A stretch of DNA of 64,000 nucleotides, taken from the IMG/VR virus record IMGVR_UViG_3300045963_000101, one strand, 5' to 3'. This stretch comes from a virus. The notes under the pieces were generated by a model. It was not told the origin of the DNA. It ran no database searches and saw nothing but the letters and a program-made list of their open reading frames with translations. Position numbers and translations under genes: made by a program. Shown here in pieces: positions 31,701 through 38,874 of the stretch (within the stretch, counting starts at the first letter, position 1; every line of letters begins with the position of its first letter).

Positions 31701-32374
31701 TTGTTACGAACGGTACTGCGTATACAATTAACAGCAAGAAGAAACCTTCTGACATGCTGTTTGTACTATCTGTGTTTGATAATCTACTGCTTGACAGTCG
31801 TAGTTATCTGCGTGGTGTACTCACTGCTAACAACGTGGTACTACCTAAGGCTGCAGAGTTTGATTTGCCAAAAGCTATTGCCGATGATTTTACTACTCAA
31901 GTAAAAGCAGCAATGGAAGGTATTATCAATGGTCCTGCGCAAGTGGATATTGGTAAGGGCAGTCAGTACAAAGGTCTACTGCTTAATATTGATAACAGGC
32001 TGGATAAGATTCAGAAAGAGCGTCAGAATAAGGCAGAAAGAGAAACAGAAGCTGAGCGTAAGATCAGAGCTAATGCAGCTCAATTCGAACAATCAATCCT
32101 TAAAGAAGGAAGTGGCTACGTAAAGCCAGATGATCGTGGAGATGAAGTAGTTGTTTCGAAAGGACAATTACGTAAGATGTTTAACGATTTGATTTTATAC
32201 GAGTTGTTCTATCTTGATCGCAATACAGGCACATACAATACAGAGGCTACTAAAAGAGACGGACATCAAACTGTCCTTGCTCGATGGGTCGCTGAAAGTA
32301 AAAATTCTCGAATGAGATTCTTGCCTATGATTAAGAAGAATGCTTCTGAAGCTAAAAACAGTTTCATGGACTAG
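28757..32374 (+). CDS. Putative virion-associated single-subunit RNA polymerase (N4 vRNAP-like catalytic core)
   Basis: LNYQSSKLVRGLI; motif A EIDQNSAG; motif B KPPLMTTDYG; motif C SVFDN, in the correct order and spacing. TTG start with GGAG 8 nt upstream; last gene of the structural arm. Confidence 0.8.
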   Translation: MINSNIKTNQGPLVPALDPAKILPNSLTQQGLPVPTSALDYARQNATADIPQNTQSTGSANAGPVPMPSQDQAPDNRHAWYSDPTDRWEGVHVNDESMLAPQEEGPTQIGSPQVDMMGKNGMPLTYDQAQQLQNKEVEDQYQRAKGINYDYTTEAQMEEAFPQKTMLGAPISNISQREQLVSLAKDLGQSLIDTSVQTNRDGFGPAKSMSAMTQITSSFGITPVQAANKLAVATSLMLPVFKGATDMENGVIQDKDTLDLMSYLTDFDGAPLNTEVSVMSGGLLAEPTFSMLASAFTKLNEREHVNGAGQPVRVAYNGIPAEVLGPILADSLVDNGVLVKLKADDGVTDLYRVSPMRGNEIYKASRMVAQVALEAGRGRAQKVPVTSEGRYSGAANSFREKEIYRPGAEPFYEKQELARVFGSVGINVSGVRIHLANLLLNNALGELHKGATQVSTETNPARQFGQATEGLPSTMSLFNLSTKDNHDAILAKTTTAIKQMNYMGQHLVANTPLYAPVKFDPTSMRAINDTDDLNYQSSKLVRGLISPHRTPLNVSKTNLHMQPISVESAKAFYEDLNRKIIAGTAGPVTDYEAELGFLAALGNNLDVHKTIGLKDGTTMPWSKMALVTPDFLLKAARKGAILASIAPQSSKEVASKALDMTTFAQTLTPEQQQVLTEFIEEASDKNWGFKLAAYLDAANYLTSKKNGTPFTPSLVTEIDQNSAGRAFSALDSGDETVLDRTGFFYPTVGSLHYNTKPLGSPRTLYARYAENESVDLAISDDKPDLKNAWKEIFKVLQQPENVKMMDRFGKPPLMTTDYGMPVNYHLGESKAFLSKYPQFEAMLAPFYPKITGIVQDMNEIHTQTLLKATRALQRDTPKKLVFLLQSVGRLPRFKGFYGEQVPIGAFMSVPNGEYSEVTDKNGNTRKIEHTRRRVDPMAKSKAKSVEYINDEGDWATKPFDPAPGSSASNSVGPFMGQYRESIVTNGTAYTINSKKKPSDMLFVLSVFDNLLLDSRSYLRGVLTANNVVLPKAAEFDLPKAIADDFTTQVKAAMEGIINGPAQVDIGKGSQYKGLLLNIDNRLDKIQKERQNKAERETEAERKIRANAAQFEQSILKEGSGYVKPDDRGDEVVVSKGQLRKMFNDLILYELFYLDRNTGTYNTEATKRDGHQTVLARWVAESKNSRMRFLPMIKKNASEAKNSFMD

Positions 32375-32375
32375 C

Positions 32376-32421
32376 AAATAAAAACCCCTACCGGAGTAAT
32401 CCAGTAGGGGTTATTTTTTTT
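32376..32421. terminator. Bidirectional intrinsic terminator between the convergent arms
   Basis: A-tract, then AACCCCTAC-C-GGA-GTAA-TCC-A-GTAGGGGTT, then T-tract; lies between convergent stops. Confidence 0.88.
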
Positions 32422-32716
32422 ATTGACTTTGTTTGGTTAAGTTACCAATATTTTTAAGAGCATTAAGACGAAGTCGTCCGGCTTCTTCTTTAGCTGATCG
32501 CTCTGTGTGCTTAAGCCCTGTTGAGGGGTCAATCAGGTTAGGTAGATTAGTTAAATTCTTTTGATACATAGCATCTACAACGTACTGATTCATATCAGGA
32601 GTATATAGCAATTGATCGGGTATATTAATACCTGCGTTCTCCATCATATCCACTTTAAATTGATGATCAGAATAGTCTGTATCACCACGAAGATTCATTG
32701 TATTATAGCTTTTCAT
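32420..32716 (-). CDS. Hypothetical protein
   Basis: ATGA overlap with the dps stop; ends at the terminator. Confidence 0.7.
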   Translation of the reverse strand: MKSYNTMNLRGDTDYSDHQFKVDMMENAGINIPDQLLYTPDMNQYVVDAMYQKNLTNLPNLIDPSTGLKHTERSAKEEAGRLRLNALKNIGNLTKQSQ

Positions 32717-33192
32717 TTAATACTCTTTCCAATAGTTGCTTTGACTTTCCAATGTAGTTTGGAAAGGTCTTTAAGATAGTCACCTATAAACGTCTGCAGC
32801 CCACCATGAGGATCAGTCTGATCATAGATATTTTGCGCTGCATCAATCAAGATATCAATTACCTTACTGAGATCTTCAAACATATTGCTTGAAGACACCC
32901 CGCCAGACTTTGCTTCAGACAAACAGGATGCATCAATCATTGCCGCCATAGATGAGAATGGCAGAGCGTCCTGCTGACGAAGTTGTTCACCAATATCATC
33001 ATGGGCATTCCACAAGAAATCATAGATGTCATTTAGTAATGCATGATCCTGTGAGAAGGTAGAACCTTGTACAGCAAAATGATAGTAGTGTGTCTTGAAG
33101 TAAGCAACAAAGTTATCTGAGTGGAATAAACGAAGCGCGGTAATTAACCCGCTTGAAGATTGGGACGTAAGTGGTCCTCTAGATTGGGTCAT
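32713..33192 (-). CDS. dps: Dps-family ferritin-like protein
   Basis: KTHYYHFAVQGSTFSQDHALL...HDDIGEQLRQ matches the Dps signature with ferroxidase H, H, D, E. Start reassigned to ATG 33192. Confidence 0.85.
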   Translation of the reverse strand: MTQSRGPLTSQSSSGLITALRLFHSDNFVAYFKTHYYHFAVQGSTFSQDHALLNDIYDFLWNAHDDIGEQLRQQDALPFSSMAAMIDASCLSEAKSGGVSSSNMFEDLSKVIDILIDAAQNIYDQTDPHGGLQTFIGDYLKDLSKLHWKVKATIGKSIK

Positions 33193-33364
33193 GTGATGGT
33201 TCCAGTATGTAGTCGTCGTTAGGGATATATAAATAGTTTGACGTATCAATATCTTCCTGAAGCTGTTTACGTTTGTATACAGGCTCTTTCTTGCCGAAGA
33301 CAGCATCAAAGTTTGTTTCGAAGGCTTCTGCGTCGGTAGGTCGTTGCCAAGATCCTTTACTCAT
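33179..33364 (-). CDS. Small conserved phage protein
   Basis: MSKGSWQRPTD...FETNFDAVFGKK motif; start reassigned to ATG 33364. Confidence 0.65.
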   Translation of the reverse strand: MSKGSWQRPTDAEAFETNFDAVFGKKEPVYKRKQLQEDIDTSNYLYIPNDDYILEPSHDPI

Positions 33365-33602
33365 GAAGCCTCTCCGCAAGTAAGTAACCTTCAAACTTCC
33401 ATACGTTACTTAGTGCATCTTCATATGCATACTTTTCACCAAGGAACTGATTGTATTCTCCGGCGTCCACACAGGCAGAAGATCCTTCAATAGTAAATCC
33501 ATTAGCCATAGTGAGCTGACAGATGGTAGTACGACCATTAGGCAGTAATGTGTATGTTGCACCTTGAATTTTGTCAAGGATACCTTGCATTGTTACTTTC
33601 AT
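33357..33602 (-). CDS. N4 Gp49 / Sf6 gp66 family protein
   Basis: TTICQLTMANGFTIEGSSACVD...GEKYAYEDALSNVWKFEGYLL family motif. Confidence 0.8.
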   Translation of the reverse strand: MKVTMQGILDKIQGATYTLLPNGRTTICQLTMANGFTIEGSSACVDAGEYNQFLGEKYAYEDALSNVWKFEGYLLAERLHE

Positions 33603-33994
33603 TCTGTAAGCACCACAACTTTATTTGCTGCTTTTGGGAAGAAGAACTTATCTACAATGGACCAGTCCAAGTAAGGACGTCCACCAGACTTATTCTCTAC
33701 CAATGGAGCACCGAATGCAGCATCATCAATGTACACTTCAGCATAACACTTGTTGGAGCTTGTCCAGTCTTCCTGTTCAGGATCCTTTTGAATACCATAC
33801 AGCGGAATGTCATTGCGACGGAACCATGCTGCAGCTTCTTCAAGGTGATATCCACTACGCATTGTATAGAGAGTCAACAAGTGACCTGCTTCAGCAAGCT
33901 TCTTCAGAGTATCAACTGCTCCGGGAACATCTACACCTACTTCAGGGTATTCGTGCTGTACTACTGTACCATCAAAGTCTACTGCAATCTTCAT
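33599..33994 (-). CDS. HAD-superfamily phosphatase
   Basis: IAVDFDGTVV motif I, LYTMR motif II, YIDD motif IV. Confidence 0.85.
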   Translation of the reverse strand: MKIAVDFDGTVVQHEYPEVGVDVPGAVDTLKKLAEAGHLLTLYTMRSGYHLEEAAAWFRRNDIPLYGIQKDPEQEDWTSSNKCYAEVYIDDAAFGAPLVENKSGGRPYLDWSIVDKFFFPKAANKVVVLTE

Positions 33995-34122
33995 TTTTGT
34001 TCCTTTTTAATCTTACGGTTATATTCTTGACGAGCCAATGCACGATCACCGGCGGTGCGCTTGTTGGCATTATTGTGAGCCTCTTTCTTGTCACGGCTTG
34101 ATTCAATTTCTTTGTAGTACAT
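33991..34122 (-). CDS. Small basic protein (43 aa), not in ORF track
   Basis: MYYKEIESSRDKKEAHNNANKR...; AGGA RBS; fills the gap exactly with an ATGA overlap. Confidence 0.5.
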   Translation of the reverse strand: MYYKEIESSRDKKEAHNNANKRTAGDRALARQEYNRKIKKEQK

Positions 34123-34123
34123 A

Positions 34124-34393
34124 TTAATCCTTGTTAGGGTTTGTCAACCATTGTTTGAGCTTTACTTGATCCATAAACCCGACATGGGTCTTCAGCCAGT
34201 TATCATCGCTATCAATTAGAATCATAGTAGGAACTGATCGGATACCCCACTCACGAATCATGTCAGGATCTTTCTTGACATCAACCTCGACAAGATTTAC
34301 TTCAGGGAAGTCATAAGGTAGAACATCTTCGAGTACCGCTTGAAGTGCCTTACAGGGTTGGCACCAATCACCACTGAACTTAAGTATTTTCAT
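34124..34393 (-). CDS. trxA: Thioredoxin
   Basis: KFSGDWCQPCK active site and IRSVPT; start reassigned to ATG 34393; directly downstream of RNR. Confidence 0.92.
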   Translation of the reverse strand: MKILKFSGDWCQPCKALQAVLEDVLPYDFPEVNLVEVDVKKDPDMIREWGIRSVPTMILIDSDDNWLKTHVGFMDQVKLKQWLTNPNKD

Positions 34394-34404
34394 TTGTTCT
34401 TTCT

Positions 34405-36261
34405 TTAGATTGCACATGAGCCACTAGTGCAGGCTAGCATTTGAGCACCTTCTACATTATCACGGTCTTCATGAAAGAGAGACCAGTTAATTACTGGCAT
34501 GACCATATGGTTGAATTGGTCTTCATCAATCTCTTCATATGGGGCTTGTCGATATGTTCCACCGTCATCAGGTAGAAAGCTGATACCAGTGCATTCATCA
34601 AAGTGTTCATACACCCATGCGCCTACTTTCATCCATTCACTATCCTTGATAGTAATAGTTACTGAGGGTTTATGCTCGCAGTAATTACGCTGGTATGCTA
34701 ACCAAACTTCAAGGTGGTTAATAGCAGTGAGGTCATCACGGGTCATACCTTTAGCTTCTTGAGGAAAACTAAACACAACAGTTGAATCCGGCTTCATAAC
34801 GCAAGGTTCGTAAGCAACACCTTGGCTGATCAAGAACTGAGTCAAAGGATCTTTAATGTCTTGCCGGATACGCCGGATATAGTATCGGGAATGTCCGGGA
34901 TGAATACCACTGGATGTTTGAGTCAGCTGAGAGACAGTACCCTCAGGCTTCACACATGTGATAGCTGCAGAAGGATTAATCCCAAGGATCTCTGCCCACT
35001 CTTCATTTGTTTCCCGAGCTACTTGACGGAGTTCTTCAAGGACATGAGACTCAGCTTCATACAGTAAAATGTTATCAAGAATACCTGTCATAGACACACC
35101 AAGCAAACGTTCCTGCTCAGTATTCTTTTTCCAGATAGAACGGAGATAAGGGAATTCAGTCAGGGTTGACTGCATGGTTCCCATGATTGCTGCAAGTCTA
35201 ACCTTGTGCCGTAAGGATTCCATAGTATCAGAGGGAGATACGACGACTGTACTGAGATTACAGAATTGATAGGGCTTGAGGATAATTTCGCTGCAAGGGT
35301 TGGTTCCATAGTCGATGGTATCATCACGACGACCCCACTTAGCTGCTTGCTTTTGACTTGCTTCACGATTAAAGATTCCTCGTTCACCGGAGTGACTGTT
35401 GTAAATATCTAACCATTCCTTCATGAATGCACCGATAGAAGGTTTGGTATCATACACTGCAGAATTATTTGCCAGTGCTCGTTCACCATGGGTTTCCCAC
35501 CATGCGCCTGATTTAGCTGTGGCATGATCATAGTCTCCGAGATCACCCAAAGAAATCATTGCCGACCGTCTAACGCCACCGACCACCACGACTTCTCCGA
35601 TCTTGCACATGATGTCATGGGCTTCGATAGGCTTGAGTTGACGACCTTGTGCAGCTTTAAATTTTGCAATAGTATAGTCAAATAGTGAGCACAAAGGGTC
35701 TGGTCCGGATGCACGTCCACCGAAGGTCTTGAGTGGTGCTCCTGCAGGGCGTATCTTTGATACGTCCCATCGGGGAATCTCTCCGAGGAACAAATGCTTG
35801 ACAAGTGACTTATAGGCTTCACACCATCCCTCCTTAGAATCCTCTACAAGAATCGTCCGATCATAATTGGTAAGTTGTGGAATGACAGGTAGCTTGCTGA
35901 CATAACGCTGCTCACAACTAAAACCCACACCAGTTCCACAAAGGAGAATGTACATAGCCTCATCAAACGACCGACGATGATCAACAGGAAGATAACTACA
36001 ATTATAAGCAGCAACATGGGTTCTTTCTAAGGCTACACCCGCAGTCATTACCGAGCGCATACTTGGTAGGGCTTCTAGGTTGGTGATACTGGTTCCTAGA
36101 ATGTCCCAGATGGAATCATTCGGGGAGATCTTGTTGGATAGTTCTTTCTTAAAGAATTCTACCCAACGTGCTGACGTTTCAGGCCAGTCTTCCCGTCGCC
36201 CTTCCTCGGGCAAATAACGTGAGTAACGGGACTTAGCAATTATTTCTTGATATGAGTTCAT
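34405..36261 (-). CDS. nrdJ: Class II (B12-dependent) ribonucleotide reductase
   Basis: NPCSEI, TCVKPEGTVSQL, C-terminal LACTSGSCAI; no ATP cone and no nrdB/nrdG. Start reassigned to ATG 36261 (AAGGA RBS). Confidence 0.92.
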   Translation of the reverse strand: MNSYQEIIAKSRYSRYLPEEGRREDWPETSARWVEFFKKELSNKISPNDSIWDILGTSITNLEALPSMRSVMTAGVALERTHVAAYNCSYLPVDHRRSFDEAMYILLCGTGVGFSCEQRYVSKLPVIPQLTNYDRTILVEDSKEGWCEAYKSLVKHLFLGEIPRWDVSKIRPAGAPLKTFGGRASGPDPLCSLFDYTIAKFKAAQGRQLKPIEAHDIMCKIGEVVVVGGVRRSAMISLGDLGDYDHATAKSGAWWETHGERALANNSAVYDTKPSIGAFMKEWLDIYNSHSGERGIFNREASQKQAAKWGRRDDTIDYGTNPCSEIILKPYQFCNLSTVVVSPSDTMESLRHKVRLAAIMGTMQSTLTEFPYLRSIWKKNTEQERLLGVSMTGILDNILLYEAESHVLEELRQVARETNEEWAEILGINPSAAITCVKPEGTVSQLTQTSSGIHPGHSRYYIRRIRQDIKDPLTQFLISQGVAYEPCVMKPDSTVVFSFPQEAKGMTRDDLTAINHLEVWLAYQRNYCEHKPSVTITIKDSEWMKVGAWVYEHFDECTGISFLPDDGGTYRQAPYEEIDEDQFNHMVMPVINWSLFHEDRDNVEGAQMLACTSGSCAI

Positions 36262-36295
36262 ATTTCCTTGTTTTGTTTTATTATCCACCATAGGT

Positions 36296-36310
36296 TATTA
36301 GGTTCCAGCT
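36296..36310 (-). promoter_or_regulatory. Putative phage-RNAP promoter, class II motif AGCTGGAACCTAATA
   Basis: One of 5 co-oriented copies; directly after the RNAP stop and upstream of nrdJ. Confidence 0.65.
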
Positions 36311-38522
36311 AACAGAAGAAGTACTTACTTTCGTTAACTTCCTTAAGGTTAAGAGAACCAGTAGCTGGTTTAGGGAAGTCGAAAGTATCTTTATGTAGCA
36401 TCAAGGTATCCATCAGGATATCAAAGAAGTTGTCTACATCGTATTGCGCTATGAACGTCATCTTAGTTACGTCTTGGAGGAAGTCTACTTCTGAAGCATG
36501 AACACTGAAGCTATCATGCACAGCAGCAAAGGAACCATTAAAGGCCACAATTGTGTTAGCCATATGAGCAGCATCATAGCTGTGTACAACGTTAGGAGAT
36601 ATGCCGCTAGCAAAACTTCTGCGGCAAGGTACTTTTTCTCCAGTCTCTTGATTGAGAACATCAACTTTGAGTACATGCATTACTCTCCCATCTTTGTTTC
36701 CGTCGATACCTTTGATGGTACCTCGTTGTTTACGCTCGTGCTGTAGAAAGGCTTTATAGACGACAGGAAAGCCGCTTGGAGTATGCCAAGATAAAGAGTT
36801 ACGACCGTTATTAAGCTCATGTTCAGCAATCTTTTGTAAGTATTTAGTTGTTTGAAGTGGTCCGGCGCAGACAGTATTGATTGCTTCAATAAGGTTCTTT
36901 GCCAGTTCACCACACATATTCTCGTTGATACTGTACTTGACAGTATACCCTTCCATATGGCAGTCATCGTACATGTTCTTTGCAATACGATTACGTCCGG
37001 CTGAATAAGCTCGAGTCATAGACCCCCGTTTAGCAATACCCTTACGGATATGCTTCATGGGGATTTTCTTTTCGGAGAACCATTCAGGCATCAGAGTGAT
37101 AAGCTCTTTTGCTACAGCCACATAGAAGTCCTTTTGAATAGGCGTGTTAGTGAGAGAAACAAGTTCACCTGCCTGAGCATCCTTGCTCATAGCTGCCAGA
37201 TGTTGCCAGCCGTTATTGCTACCATCAATAGGTACTGGAAAGCCACTCAAGCAGGGGATACCTGCCTTTTTACAATCATAGTACTTTGTAATCTCCATAC
37301 ATACAGCGAGCCAGCTATAAGGTTTTTCCGCGTAGTCCATGATCAGCTTACGGGATGAGACATCCTTGACCATATCCATATTGTGGATGACCCATTTGTA
37401 ACGATCATCGAGTGTCATCTTATCCACGGATATAGTGTCAAGACCTTCTTTCTGCAGATAGCTTATGTAGTCTGTCTCAAAGTACTTTACCAGACGAAGA
37501 TCTTCAATAGTGAAGGATCGATTAAAGCAACTGGCTGCATGAATACATAGCCAGTAGAAGCCACGCTGATCAACCACCTTCTTATTATGAAACAAGAACA
37601 GACTACGGGCCAAGTCACTACCTTGGAATTCCAGAAAGGATTCTGCATAGTATATCCTGCCACGATAATCACAGCTGACCTCCTGATAGAATGGATAACC
37701 CTTTGACTGAACTAATTCAGCCTTGCGTACTACCTGAACATACTCAAAGTATTTACTTACCAAACGCTGCAACTTAGGATCTTTCTTTCCGGCGAATGCA
37801 GTACCGTCTGTATGGGTAAGTTTCTTGGGCAGATGCAGGTTCTCATGGTGGATATTCCATTGATGAATTTCACCGTCGGCATCTACCAAGGACAGTACTT
37901 CAGGTGGTGGGTTGCTTTGGATAGCAGTTAGCAATGGGTTGTTCAGTGCCCACGGTTGCTGACGAAGAGTCTCAAGAGCCTTTACAAATGGTCTGTCGAG
38001 ATAATCATAGAAGAGTTTTCCGTTGGTCCAACCCTTGATGAAAGGTTCTTTCGTAACTGAGCTAAATAATCCTGTGATTGGTAGAGGAGGTTCAAAGACG
38101 GTACCAATAAGTGTGGGCTTAAGATCACATGTCTGATTGACGATCCGTACCATGTAGGGAGCTTTGATCCCATTGTATTCCCTGAAGATATCAATTAGAC
38201 CGTCCTGAAGAAACGTTTCGAGTAGAAGATCACCGATGGCAAGAGTAGATTTAATGTCTGATTCATCGCCACCAATAGCCCTAACCACCCGTTTGCCAAT
38301 GAGGTCACTAGCAAAGGTAAGCTTGACGGTTGCAGTAAATTTTGCATTCTTGTTTCGGATACAGTATCGGAGTAAAGTATCCCAAGCTTCGTTAATAAAT
38401 CTTTCAAGTTCATACTCCCATGTTGGATAGTGTGCTAACAAACGAGCACCTTCGTTGTAGATCTTATCTGAGTTGACTACTACTTTCTCAACTCGAGCTG
38501 TGAGATAGTCTAGTGGGTTCAT
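36309..38522 (-). CDS. T7/T3-type single-subunit DNA-directed RNA polymerase
   Basis: CDYRGRIYY, FQGSDLARSL, PIDGSNNGWQH (A), KRGSMTRAY (B), PNVVHSYDAAH, VHDSF (C). Confidence 0.95.
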   Translation of the reverse strand: MNPLDYLTARVEKVVVNSDKIYNEGARLLAHYPTWEYELERFINEAWDTLLRYCIRNKNAKFTATVKLTFASDLIGKRVVRAIGGDESDIKSTLAIGDLLLETFLQDGLIDIFREYNGIKAPYMVRIVNQTCDLKPTLIGTVFEPPLPITGLFSSVTKEPFIKGWTNGKLFYDYLDRPFVKALETLRQQPWALNNPLLTAIQSNPPPEVLSLVDADGEIHQWNIHHENLHLPKKLTHTDGTAFAGKKDPKLQRLVSKYFEYVQVVRKAELVQSKGYPFYQEVSCDYRGRIYYAESFLEFQGSDLARSLFLFHNKKVVDQRGFYWLCIHAASCFNRSFTIEDLRLVKYFETDYISYLQKEGLDTISVDKMTLDDRYKWVIHNMDMVKDVSSRKLIMDYAEKPYSWLAVCMEITKYYDCKKAGIPCLSGFPVPIDGSNNGWQHLAAMSKDAQAGELVSLTNTPIQKDFYVAVAKELITLMPEWFSEKKIPMKHIRKGIAKRGSMTRAYSAGRNRIAKNMYDDCHMEGYTVKYSINENMCGELAKNLIEAINTVCAGPLQTTKYLQKIAEHELNNGRNSLSWHTPSGFPVVYKAFLQHERKQRGTIKGIDGNKDGRVMHVLKVDVLNQETGEKVPCRRSFASGISPNVVHSYDAAHMANTIVAFNGSFAAVHDSFSVHASEVDFLQDVTKMTFIAQYDVDNFFDILMDTLMLHKDTFDFPKPATGSLNLKEVNESKYFFC

Positions 38523-38529
38523 TGATTCC

Positions 38530-38874
38530 TTAGTAAGGTATATTGTTTTCAGCTGCCCAATTGCAGAAGTCTTCAGAGTTACTTATATGACAAGTGATAC
38601 AATCGATATGTACACTTGGGTTTGCCTTACGCAAATAGGTAACCTTATTAATTTCAGTATTACAATCTTTGATTAGCCGATGGTAGTTATTCCACCAGCC
38701 AAAGCGAACATCGTCACTGTTTTCATATTTAAACCCCCAGAATTTAGCCCATTTTCCGGACTCATACTCTGCTTTATTCTTTTCATAGATGGCATCCTTA
38801 TCCGCTTGCTTTTTAGTATAGTCTACAATAAGATATTCTTGGTATGCTAACCAGTCTTGAATTCGTACTTGCAT
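38530..38874 (-). CDS. Hypothetical protein
   Basis: Coupled to the primase stop; 114 aa. Confidence 0.65.
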   Translation of the reverse strand: MQVRIQDWLAYQEYLIVDYTKKQADKDAIYEKNKAEYESGKWAKFWGFKYENSDDVRFGWWNNYHRLIKDCNTEINKVTYLRKANPSVHIDCITCHISNSEDFCNWAAENNIPY

